From positions 3,030,001 through 3,062,000 of the forward strand of contig NZ_CP065936.1 in the NCBI RefSeq assembly GCF_003367075.2: a stretch of DNA of 32,000 bases. Reading direction: 5' to 3'. Shown piece after piece: positions 1-7,891 of this stretch (positions are counted from its first letter, which is position 1; each line of letters opens with the position of its first letter). The position numbers and the translations under genes are program-made. Below the pieces are notes generated by a model. That model worked only from the letters and a program-made list of their open reading frames with translations, made no database searches and was not told the DNA's origin. This stretch comes from Cylindrospermopsis raciborskii Cr2010 (lineage in GTDB: Bacteria > Cyanobacteriota > Cyanobacteriia > Cyanobacteriales > Nostocaceae).

Positions 1-1266
1 GATAGTGTTCAACCTCTAGCACCTACTAGAAAGTTTGTGATTGTTGGATATGAATCCCAGATGGTTAGGGATGCTTTAAGTAAAAATTCGGGTAAACATT
101 CTAATTTGGAGTTTGTGGAGCAGTCTGTGCAACTGGGTACTGGTCATGCTATTCAACAACTGCTTCCCTATTTATCTGATTATGATGGTAATCTGCTTAT
201 TTTAAATGGTGATGTTCCTCTACTCAAAACGGAAACCTTACAGCAGTTACTACAAACCCATCAGGAAAATGACAATGCTTGTACTATCCTCACTGCTAAT
301 CTGGCTCAACCGGATGGTTATGGCAGGGTTTTTTGCGATGATAATCAAATAGTTCACCAAATGGTTGAACATAAAGATTGTACACATATACAAAGAAAAA
401 ATAATCGTGTTAATGCCGGTATTTATTGCTTTAATTGGCAAAATCTGGCAACCATACTACCCCATTTGGATAATAATAATGTGCAAAAGGAATATTATCT
501 CACTGATGCGGTGGTTCAAGTCGGTAAGGTGATGGCCGTGGATGTGAGTGATGAACGGGAAATTTGGGGAATTAATGACCGACGACAATTGGCTGATGCT
601 TATCAGCTTTTGCAACAACACATCAAGGAAAAATGGCTCCTAGCAGGGGTGAGCATCACAGACCCAAGTAGTGTTACTATTGATGAAACTGTGGAAATGG
701 AACCAGATGTGATTATTGAACCTCAAACCCATCTGCGAGGAAAAACTTTAATTCGCTCTGGTAGTCGCATTGGACCTGGAAGTTTAATTGAGAATAGTCA
801 AATAGGAGAAAATGTTACGGTTCTATATTCCGTAATCACAGATAGTTTGGTGGAACAAGGAACAAAAATAGGACCCTTCGCTCACTTACGTGGTCATGTG
901 GAAGCTGGCGAAAATTGTCGTATTGGTAATTTTGTAGAATTGAAAAATACCCAACTAGGCGATCGCTCGAATGTGGCCCATCTTTCTTATTTGGGTGATA
1001 CAAGTACGGGCACACAGGTGAATATTGGCGCGGGGACAATTACTGCTAATTATGATGGGGTGAAAAAACACAGAACTAGAATAGGCGATCGCACTAAAAC
1101 TGGATCCAATAGTGTTTTAGTAGCACCAATTAGCATAGGTAATGATGTATATATTGCCGCAGGGTCAACGGTTACAGAAGATGTGGAAAATGATGCTTTG
1201 GTGATAGCTAGAAGTCGTCAGGTGGTGAAACCGGGGTGGAAAATCAAAAGGGAATTAGCGGAGTAA
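1..1266 (+). CDS. glmU: GlmU, bifunctional UDP-N-acetylglucosamine diphosphorylase / glucosamine-1-phosphate N-acetyltransferase; the 5' end lies outside the window
   Basis: Frame 1 is open from base 1 ([20 protein letters not shown]...), so the listed Met at 37 is internal. A nucleotidyltransferase part ([14 protein letters not shown]) is followed by long hexapeptide left-handed beta-helix repeats ([42 protein letters not shown]), which is typical of GlmU. Confidence 0.9.
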   Translation, partial: DSVQPLAPTRKFVIVGYESQMVRDALSKNSGKHSNLEFVEQSVQLGTGHAIQQLLPYLSDYDGNLLILNGDVPLLKTETLQQLLQTHQENDNACTILTANLAQPDGYGRVFCDDNQIVHQMVEHKDCTHIQRKNNRVNAGIYCFNWQNLATILPHLDNNNVQKEYYLTDAVVQVGKVMAVDVSDEREIWGINDRRQLADAYQLLQQHIKEKWLLAGVSITDPSSVTIDETVEMEPDVIIEPQTHLRGKTLIRSGSRIGPGSLIENSQIGENVTVLYSVITDSLVEQGTKIGPFAHLRGHVEAGENCRIGNFVELKNTQLGDRSNVAHLSYLGDTSTGTQVNIGAGTITANYDGVKKHRTRIGDRTKTGSNSVLVAPISIGNDVYIAAGSTVTEDVENDALVIARSRQVVKPGWKIKRELAE

Positions 1267-1311
1267 GACCTAACCTAGCTCCAGCTCTTCCCAGATCCTA
1301 ATTAAACTTGA

Positions 1312-1821
1312 TTAGATGTTTTGCTCGCTCAACTCACGGGTGATGTAGTCAAAAGGTTCATCTACAAAAGCAGCGTTGGCCACACCAGCAGCTATAGCTT
1401 GTTCTCTCGCTAAGTCTTTCATAATTTGAATGCCACGCACAGTAGAACCTATGGGTACATCTAAGGAGTTGTAGGTTTCTCTAAGACCTTGTAACACCCG
1501 TTCATCTAACACGTTCATATTGGCTGCAATCAGGGCATAAGTAGCATAACGAAGATAATAGTCCATATCACGTAAGCAAGCAGCATAGCGACGAGTTGTG
1601 TAAGCATTGCCACCCGGACGAATTAACTCTGGTAGTTCCTCAAATAGTTTAGACCCAGCTTGTTTGACAATAGCAGCAGCATTAGCATTAATAGCAGTAG
1701 CAGCTTGGACTCTGGATGTGCCACTGTCAAAGTAGGACCTGAGACTATCCAGTGCATTCCTGTCAAGATACTTACCAGCTAGGTCATAACTGTTGATTAA
1801 AGTTGTAACTGCATCGCGCAT
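1312..1821 (-). CDS. apcF: Allophycocyanin beta-type phycobiliprotein, most likely ApcF (beta-18 core subunit)
   Basis: The 169-aa product has the phycobiliprotein globin-like signature, including the chromophore Cys context RRYAACLRDMDYYLRYATYA. The N-terminus MRDAVTTLINSYD and the 169-aa length match ApcF as I remember it. ApcB cannot be excluded without an alignment. Confidence 0.8.
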   Translation of the reverse strand: MRDAVTTLINSYDLAGKYLDRNALDSLRSYFDSGTSRVQAATAINANAAAIVKQAGSKLFEELPELIRPGGNAYTTRRYAACLRDMDYYLRYATYALIAANMNVLDERVLQGLRETYNSLDVPIGSTVRGIQIMKDLAREQAIAAGVANAAFVDEPFDYITRELSEQNI

Positions 1822-2037
1822 TCTGTGTTTCTCCCAATAGTTAATAGTTACTATCTATGATTAGATATTAAAGTTGGTTCCACTCATCTGATATTTGTCA
1901 TTCCTTTAGAACTGGGGAATATCAAATAATCCATTAAATAAGAATTCTATGTTAAAGTTGACCCTGGTCATATAAAGTTTCTTATCTTGTAAAAATGGTG
2001 TTAAAAAACTTAACATAACCCAGAAACTTGAACAATC

Positions 2038-2051
2038 GTAACAAACAATAC
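2038..2051 (+). promoter_or_regulatory. NtcA box (GTA-N8-TAC) of an NtcA-activated glnA promoter
   Basis: The sequence GTAACAAACAATAC is a perfect GTA-N8-TAC. A TAnnnT-type -10 (TAGGAT, 2075-2080) starts 23 nt after the box. That puts the box centre about 41-42 nt upstream of a predicted TSS near 2086, which is the classical class-II activator geometry. It sits 130 nt upstream of the glnA ATG. Confidence 0.75.
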
Positions 2052-2180
2052 AACCTTGGTAGGACTCTAGTCTTTAGGATATTTCAGATGGTGTATTATG
2101 AGCTAAATTAACCCCCAGCAGTTAAAGTGCTTAGGTAAGGATTAGTGTAAATTAAAAGACTGGCTACAGAAGGAGTAACA

Positions 2181-3614
2181 ATGACAACCCCACAAGAAGT
2201 GTTAAAGATGATCCGAGATCAAAACATTCAAATGATTGATCTCAAGTTCATAGACACACCCGGAACCTGGCAACATCTAACGGTTTACCACAATCAAATT
2301 GACGAAAGTTCTTTCACCAGTGGTGTACCTTTCGATGGTTCTAGTATTAGAGGGTGGAAAGGGATTGAAGAGTCAGATATGACCATGGTGCTGGATGCTA
2401 GCACAGCTTGGATTGACCCTTTCATGCAGGAACCAACTCTCAGCATTATTTGCAGTATTAAAGAACCCCGCACAGATGAGTGGTATAACCGCTGTCCCCG
2501 GGTGATTGCTCAAAAGGCTATAGATTATTTGGGAACTACGGGAATAGGTGATACGGCCTTTTTTGGTCCAGAAGCAGAATTCTTTATCTTTGATGATGTG
2601 CGTTATGACCAAACCGCTAATGAAGGTTACTATCATGTAGACTCTGTGGAAGGTCGTTGGAATACTGGTAGAAAGGGTAAAAATGGGGAAGCTGATGGTC
2701 CTAACCTAGGTTACAAAACCCGCTTTAAGGAAGGTTACTTCCCCGTGCCCCCCACTGATACCTTCCACGACATGCGCACGGAAATGTTGTTGACTATGGC
2801 TAAATGTGGTGTCCCGATTGAAAAACAACACCATGAGGTGGCTACAGGTGGTCAGTGCGAACTTGGATTCCGCTTCGGCAAGTTAATAGAAGCTGCTGAC
2901 TGGTTAATGACCTATAAATATGTAATCAAAAATGTGGCTAGGAAGTACGGTAAGACTGTTACCTTTATGCCTAAACCCATTTTTGGTGATAATGGTTCCG
3001 GTATGCACTGTCACCAGTCTATTTGGAAGGACGGCAAGCCCTTATTTGCTGGTGATAAATATGCCGGTATGAGTGATATGGGTCTTTACTATATCGGTGG
3101 CATTCTTAAACATGCTCCTGCTCTACTAGCGATTACAAACCCAACCACTAACTCTTACAAACGTCTTGTTCCTGGTTACGAAGCACCTGTGAACTTAGCC
3201 TATTCCCAAGGTAACCGTTCTGCTTCCGTACGTATTCCTTTAAGTGGAGACAATCCTAAAGCTAAACGTTTAGAATTCCGCTGCCCTGATGCTACTTCTA
3301 ATCCCTACTTAGCTTTTGCTGCTATGCTTTGTGCTGGTATTGATGGAATTAAGAATAAAATTCATCCTGGCGAACCTTTGGATAAGAACATCTATGAACT
3401 TTCTCCAGAAGAACTGGCTAAGATTCCTTCTACTCCAGGTTCTCTGGAACTAGCTCTGGAAGCACTGGAAAATGATCATGCTTTCTTAACCGAAACAGGT
3501 GTGTTCTCAGAAGATTTCATCCAAAATTGGATTGACTATAAGCTGGTGAATGAGGTCAAGCAGTTGCAGTTACGTCCTCACCCCTACGAATTTTTCCTTT
3601 ATTACGATTGTTAA
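2181..3614 (+). CDS. glnA: Glutamine synthetase type I
   Basis: 477-aa product with GS-I motifs ([41 protein letters not shown]). A strong SD (AGGAG, 2171-2175) precedes the ATG. Confidence 0.97.
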   Translation: MTTPQEVLKMIRDQNIQMIDLKFIDTPGTWQHLTVYHNQIDESSFTSGVPFDGSSIRGWKGIEESDMTMVLDASTAWIDPFMQEPTLSIICSIKEPRTDEWYNRCPRVIAQKAIDYLGTTGIGDTAFFGPEAEFFIFDDVRYDQTANEGYYHVDSVEGRWNTGRKGKNGEADGPNLGYKTRFKEGYFPVPPTDTFHDMRTEMLLTMAKCGVPIEKQHHEVATGGQCELGFRFGKLIEAADWLMTYKYVIKNVARKYGKTVTFMPKPIFGDNGSGMHCHQSIWKDGKPLFAGDKYAGMSDMGLYYIGGILKHAPALLAITNPTTNSYKRLVPGYEAPVNLAYSQGNRSASVRIPLSGDNPKAKRLEFRCPDATSNPYLAFAAMLCAGIDGIKNKIHPGEPLDKNIYELSPEELAKIPSTPGSLELALEALENDHAFLTETGVFSEDFIQNWIDYKLVNEVKQLQLRPHPYEFFLYYDC

Positions 3615-3701
3615 TGCCAATCTTCTCTTAGGAATCTTTCTCCACAGTCAACTCCACCAGTATAGCTTTCGCTCCTACAAAGCTAACTCCAGACAACAAC
3701 A

Positions 3702-3740
3702 GGAGTACAACCGTAAACGGTTGTACTCCTTAATATTTTC
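3702..3740 (+). terminator. Rho-independent terminator after glnA; possibly bidirectional, shared with the convergent gifA
   Basis: A perfect 12-bp stem GGAGTACAACCG / CGGTTGTACTCC (3702-3713 / 3718-3729) has a TAAA loop and is followed by TTAATATTTTC. On the minus strand the same hairpin is followed by the T-rich TGTTGTTGTCT. Confidence 0.8.
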
Positions 3741-3848
3741 AGGCATGCGGAAACGTCCTTTATACCGTGTAGAAACGACACACTAAAAACACACCCTGCG
3801 CCCTTCATCAAGACAATTCTTAACGCACGCCCAGGTAATGAGGAATCT

Positions 3849-4049
3849 TTAGCTCATGGTCGCACCACTACGGCTATAAAGACTTTGAGTGGTAGGATCT
3901 ACTTTCCCTTGAATTGGACTCCAATAGTGGCAAGTTTCTTCGGGTAATCCCAACTCTTGGGCAGACCGCATTAACATTGATTGCTGACGGTTTTTAACTT
4001 GTTGGTGTTGACGTACCATTAAAGCACGGGACTTTTCTTGGATAGACAT
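3849..4049 (-). CDS. gifA: Glutamine synthetase inactivating factor IF7
   Basis: The 66-aa product has the core SRALMVRQHQQVKNRQQSMLMRSAQELG, and the C-terminal ...QGK...Y.RS.A..S pattern matches my memory of IF7 (Synechocystis GifA, Anabaena Asl2329). It lies tail-to-tail with glnA, as in Anabaena PCC 7120. Confidence 0.85.
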   Translation of the reverse strand: MSIQEKSRALMVRQHQQVKNRQQSMLMRSAQELGLPEETCHYWSPIQGKVDPTTQSLYSRSGATMS

Positions 4050-4120
4050 ATTTTTTTCCTCTTCTTTTTTGATGTGGATGGGTTTTCTGTTCCCACTTCT
4101 TCATAGTAACAGGGAATTCC

Positions 4121-4134
4121 GTAACTTAAACTAC
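4121..4134 (-). promoter_or_regulatory. NtcA box (GTA-N8-TAC) overlapping the -35 region of the putative gifA promoter, i.e. in repressor position
   Basis: The sequence GTAACTTAAACTAC is a perfect GTA-N8-TAC, 72 nt upstream of the gifA ATG. On the minus strand a TACTAT -10 (4108-4103) starts 12 nt after the box, so the box centre is about 31-32 nt upstream of the predicted TSS. That matches NtcA repression of gif genes rather than activation. Confidence 0.7.
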
Positions 4135-4241
4135 CAAATCCTAAATTGTTACAAAAATTTACAATCAAGTTATGGGTTTACAATAAGTAAGGAAAAAACG
4201 CCAAGCAATCTTGATCCTGGTATATTTAGTAAAATACTTTT

Positions 4242-5285
4242 ATGTTCAACGACTTGATAAAACTCAGCTATCAAACTTGCCAACAAGGAAAAACTTACTT
4301 TAGTCTGGCTCATAAATTCTTGGGTACGCGAGTTAAAAACCATCTTTACCCTAACTTGAACAAGTCTCAACCAATTTCTCAACAGGCGATCGCAAACCTA
4401 CAAGACAGACTCAATAGGTTATTAGAATCAGATTGGCAAGATGCCCAACAAGGTGTATATCCTTATGATTTACTATTTGACAATTCCTGGTTAGACTTCT
4501 GTTTATACTATCCTGTGATGTGTGTAGATATGCTCCAAGTATGGGAAAGAGCAAACCGTCAGCAATATCAAGATTTTTCCCAACCACAGGAAGAAAATAT
4601 CTATCCCAGCTACTATTTGCAAAACTTTCATCATCAAACAGATGGCTATTTAAGCGACCTTTCTGCCAACTTGTATGACCTGCAGGTAGAAATCCTATTT
4701 AGCGGGACTGGGGACGCCATGAGACGTCGTATTTTATCACCTCTCAAGCATCAAGTGAAAAAATTCTCCAATCATATCCGTATTTTAGATGTAGGTTGTG
4801 GCACTGGCAGAACCATAAAATTACTGAGAGGAGCAATACCTGAAGCATCTCTATTTGGCGTTGATCTATCCCCCAATTACCTGCGCAAAGCCAATCAACT
4901 TCTAGCTGAAAATTATACTGAATTACCCCAGCTCATCCAAGCCAATGCGGAAGAACTACCCTATTTGGATAATTATTTCCATGGGGTAACTAGTGTTTTT
5001 CTGTTTCATGAATTACCAGCAGCAGTGCGACAAACAGTAATTGAACAATGTTTCCGAGTTATTAAACCAGGAGGAGTTTTCATTATTTGTGATTCCATTC
5101 AAACAAGTGATTCTCCTGACCTAGTTGATATAATTAACAACTTCCCTCGCACATTTCATGAACCTTATTATATCAATTATAGTCTTGATGATTTAGTAGC
5201 AAGATTAGAGAAAGCAGGTTTTGAACACGTAGAAACCCAAGTACATTTCTTGAGTAAGTATATAATTGCTTGTAAACCTGTTTGA
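4242..5285 (+). CDS. Class I SAM-dependent methyltransferase
   Basis: 347-aa product with the motif I sequence ILDVGCGTGR, followed by post-I (FGVDLS) and the downstream LKPGGVFII-type motif (VIKPGGVFIICD). The substrate is unknown. Confidence 0.8.
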   Translation: MFNDLIKLSYQTCQQGKTYFSLAHKFLGTRVKNHLYPNLNKSQPISQQAIANLQDRLNRLLESDWQDAQQGVYPYDLLFDNSWLDFCLYYPVMCVDMLQVWERANRQQYQDFSQPQEENIYPSYYLQNFHHQTDGYLSDLSANLYDLQVEILFSGTGDAMRRRILSPLKHQVKKFSNHIRILDVGCGTGRTIKLLRGAIPEASLFGVDLSPNYLRKANQLLAENYTELPQLIQANAEELPYLDNYFHGVTSVFLFHELPAAVRQTVIEQCFRVIKPGGVFIICDSIQTSDSPDLVDIINNFPRTFHEPYYINYSLDDLVARLEKAGFEHVETQVHFLSKYIIACKPV

Positions 5286-5325
5286 CCTGTTTGATAAATA
5301 GAGTTGGGACAGCCAAAAACACGCC

Positions 5326-5353
5326 AGGAGAGACAGATAAACCCGTCTCTCCT
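5326..5353 (-). terminator. Terminator-like hairpin, better suited to the minus strand
   Basis: A 9-bp stem AGGAGAGAC / GTCTCTCCT carries a 10-nt loop. On the minus strand it is followed by GGCGTGTTTTTGG (a T5 run). On the plus strand no T-run follows it. Confidence 0.4.
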
Positions 5354-5705
5354 AGCATTCGGTGTTTAACCCAGGGAGAAGTCAAACCCGAAAATATGGT
5401 CAGAAAATATTTGGTTTGTTGCTGGAGTTCTGTTATCAACTTACGTCAATCTCAACAACCTTGATGCTTTTAGTAGTTACAGAGGTTATTGGGTGAACGT
5501 CAAGCCATTAACTAGTTGTATTTCTGTCAATACAAATCAATTGTGAACCTAAGAACAGAAAATGTAGTGCATTAACTGTGAATGTTTCTGTTATGGAAAG
5601 AGTACAAAAAATTAAACACCCATTAATTTTTTGGCTTTTAGCTGCAAGCAAAGACCCTTGAGGAAGGGCAAATGGTTCAACAAGTAGCTCTTAGGCTAAA
5701 TGTGT

Positions 5706-5939
5706 TTAAGCTAAAGAAATAAATCCCAAAAACTCTATTGACTCTTTGCGTCCACTACCACGGTGGGGTGCTGGTTCCTCGGGTTGATTAGGACTGGGTT
5801 TAGAACTGTCTGCAAGCAGTAAACCCCTTCCGGAATTAGAGGTTGACAACCGCGAAGGATTGGTGAACACAGTTTCGTGATGAAAAGCTAAGGAACCGAG
5901 TATCATACTTGATACTAAAATTGAAATGGCAGCACGCAT
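5706..5939 (-). CDS. patX: PatX-like small RGSGR-motif protein (candidate heterocyst-differentiation inhibitor)
   Basis: The 77-aa product has a hydrophobic N-terminus (MRAAISILVSSMILGSLAF), a Ser/Pro-rich linker (SSKPSPNQPEEPAP) and then HRGSGR, encoded at 5748-5765; I verified those codons by hand. A TCCGGA motif lies 57 nt upstream of the ATG. The genomic neighbourhood (glnA, gifA) matches my memory of asl2332 in Anabaena PCC 7120. Confidence 0.75.
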   Translation of the reverse strand: MRAAISILVSSMILGSLAFHHETVFTNPSRLSTSNSGRGLLLADSSKPSPNQPEEPAPHRGSGRKESIEFLGFISLA

Positions 5940-5996
5940 AGTAGATGTCTATTTTAGAACTCTCTGGTTAACTTATACTTACCTATCACCCATGAA

Positions 5997-6002
5997 TCCG
6001 GA
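5997..6002 (-). promoter_or_regulatory. DIF1-type motif TCCGGA at the -35 position of the patX candidate promoter
   Basis: The minus strand reads TCCGGA-N19-TATAAG (or N17-AGTATA), then about 35 nt to the ATG at 5939. This is the only TCCGGA I saw in an intergenic region of the window. A 6-mer can occur by chance. Confidence 0.5.
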
Positions 6003-6050
6003 CAATTTTGAAGAAATCGATTGACTTAATCTAAATTGAACCACACTCAA

Positions 6051-7841
6051 TCATATTATCTCAATATGTTTTGCAAGAATCCAGCTACCAGAAGAATTTA
6101 AACATCCTCTGATGCAAATCTTGCAATTGCGATTGAGAACTTGCAACTGTTGGTTAACAGATGACTCCAAAGTAACAATTTTCCAAGTTAGAAAAGACAA
6201 TTCCGGGCAATTTGTGATAGTAAACTCGTAATCTTGTTTACCGATTCGATTAAAAATTCCTATCCAACAATCATGGTTTAACTGATTATGTTCATCAATT
6301 GATAAACCTGAAAATGATGGAAATTCAACCAATGGATATCCCCCCCCAGAGGTTAAAATGTTACCACTTGGGGGATAGGTTTCCGGATGATTTAAAATGT
6401 CAATTTGCCACTTCAACCAGTCCGGATGATTTATGGGTAAATTGAATAGGGGAATAACTGCTATAGGTGAGTGCTTATCAGTTAATAAAGCCATTTGTAG
6501 CGTCTTCACTGGTAAATCTCTTGGTTGACAATTCAGCTCACAACAGAGTGCTGCTGCCATACCAGCAGCTTGTCCTATACCCATAACTACAGGTTGAAGT
6601 CTAGTTGCACCGTTAGCAATGTGAGACACGGAAATATTTTTCTCACATACCAGTAAACCATCTATGGATTTAGGGATTAAGGAGGAATATGGAATGGTGA
6701 AAGGAGTACCGGTCCAACGTCCTCCCCAGAGAAGAGACTTAGGTTGTAGGGGAAACTTTATGCCCGGATAGTGATGATCATTGGCATAGTTACCAATAGC
6801 AACCGTATCCTTCATAAGAGGTGCTACGGAACCGTTGGAGAGGGGCAAAAGATCCTGTTCACAGATGGTAGTAACCCCTTGTAAGCGACGACCTTCACGA
6901 AAATAGGGGTGAAGAGCAAAAGCTGGAGATACACTAGGAAAAGCTCCTTGGGCCAGACCATAACGCCTACCGAAACTGGTTTGAATGTAACGGGCGAAGT
7001 TTTGACTGTGCCAGAAACACTCTTGATAGAACTCATTCCTTGCTTTTGACTCTAACAACCGACTAGTTCCTTGACCGTAGTCATTACCACAAATCGGCCA
7101 GTTAATCATAAACCAATTTTGTGGCAAACGTCCATAGTTTAAAAATTTTTCTTTTCCATAGTTTTCCCAAGCTCCTACAAACAAAGCTGGGTCATAATTG
7201 GGTGCGGGAGGAATTTCTGGAGCGAGAACCTCCCCAAAATCCTCCATTATTACCACCCAAGTTGGTGCTTGTATGGGGTATGTTTCTGTGAGGGAGTTAA
7301 AACTGCTGGGGGCGCTGGGTTCTCCCCATTCAGATTGCAATTCCCAACCCCAACGATAAGGCACTTCTCCCAAAGCTAAAACGTCACCTAATTCCGTGCC
7401 ATCCAGAATTATTTGGGCATAAATAGTACAATCTGCAAAATTTACACCTACAATCCGATCTCCCTGGCGTAATACTTCTAGGGGAGTTCTGTAAGTAATC
7501 CATTGTAGATTAGGTAGTTCTTTTACCCAGTCAGCGAAAATTTCCGCTCCCACCTGGGGTTGATAACTAAAAAAGCTCACCCAGCTGTTATTTAGTCCTC
7601 CTGACTGTCGTTTTTGTAACTCCCGGATAAAATCTCCCCACATTCCTGTTTGGAAGGAATTTAATTCATTACCATCGGGTGCACATACACCAGCACTAGT
7701 TAACATCCCTCCCAACCAAGAAAACTCACTCACCAGAATGGTTTCACATCCCCTGCGAGCTGCTTGAATAGCAGCAGTGGTTCCCCCAGCTCCTCCACCC
7801 ACCACTAAAACATCAGTTTTATATATTTTGTCTAAACTCAT
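6051..7841 (-). CDS. FAD-dependent oxidoreductase of unknown substrate (FAD_oxidored-like)
   Basis: It has an N-terminal Rossmann dinucleotide motif, DVLVVGGGAGGTTAAIQAARRG. The track begins at a TTG (7850), but an ATG at 7841 (MSLDKIY...) is the more likely start. About 130 extra C-terminal residues have no motif I recognise. Confidence 0.75.
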   Translation of the reverse strand: MSLDKIYKTDVLVVGGGAGGTTAAIQAARRGCETILVSEFSWLGGMLTSAGVCAPDGNELNSFQTGMWGDFIRELQKRQSGGLNNSWVSFFSYQPQVGAEIFADWVKELPNLQWITYRTPLEVLRQGDRIVGVNFADCTIYAQIILDGTELGDVLALGEVPYRWGWELQSEWGEPSAPSSFNSLTETYPIQAPTWVVIMEDFGEVLAPEIPPAPNYDPALFVGAWENYGKEKFLNYGRLPQNWFMINWPICGNDYGQGTSRLLESKARNEFYQECFWHSQNFARYIQTSFGRRYGLAQGAFPSVSPAFALHPYFREGRRLQGVTTICEQDLLPLSNGSVAPLMKDTVAIGNYANDHHYPGIKFPLQPKSLLWGGRWTGTPFTIPYSSLIPKSIDGLLVCEKNISVSHIANGATRLQPVVMGIGQAAGMAAALCCELNCQPRDLPVKTLQMALLTDKHSPIAVIPLFNLPINHPDWLKWQIDILNHPETYPPSGNILTSGGGYPLVEFPSFSGLSIDEHNQLNHDCWIGIFNRIGKQDYEFTITNCPELSFLTWKIVTLESSVNQQLQVLNRNCKICIRGCLNSSGSWILAKHIEII

Positions 7842-7891
7842 TAAATTCAAAGTTAATTAAAGTTAGTATAGTGAAACATTGTACTCCACAA

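Noticed and set aside
3550-3786. 78-aa plus-strand ORF overlapping the glnA 3' end and the terminator hairpin
   Set aside because: It is out of frame with glnA, runs through the terminator stem and has no independent start signals. It is spurious.
4050-4120. Possible glutamine riboswitch (glnA RNA motif) in the gifA 5' UTR, as known upstream of gifB in some cyanobacteria
   Set aside because: The minus-strand leader (…ACGGAAUUCCCUGUUACUAUGAAGAAGUGGGAAC…) only loosely resembles the conserved ACGGAAGUAGG / GAAGGAACGC blocks as I remember them. Most of it lies upstream of the predicted TSS. I could not build the three-stem fold.
4069-4382. ORFs 4069-4257 (plus) and 4170-4382 (minus) in the gifA/methyltransferase divergent region
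   Set aside because: They cover the NtcA box and promoter elements and overlap the 5' end of the methyltransferase gene. They have no coding signal.
5173-5464. ORFs 5173-5439 (minus) and 5282-5464 (plus) in the methyltransferase 3' flank, and a 22-codon micro-ORF at 5593-5661
   Set aside because: The first two mutually overlap on opposite strands across hairpin-forming non-coding sequence and have no RBS or recognisable domains. The micro-ORF is too short to support from sequence alone.
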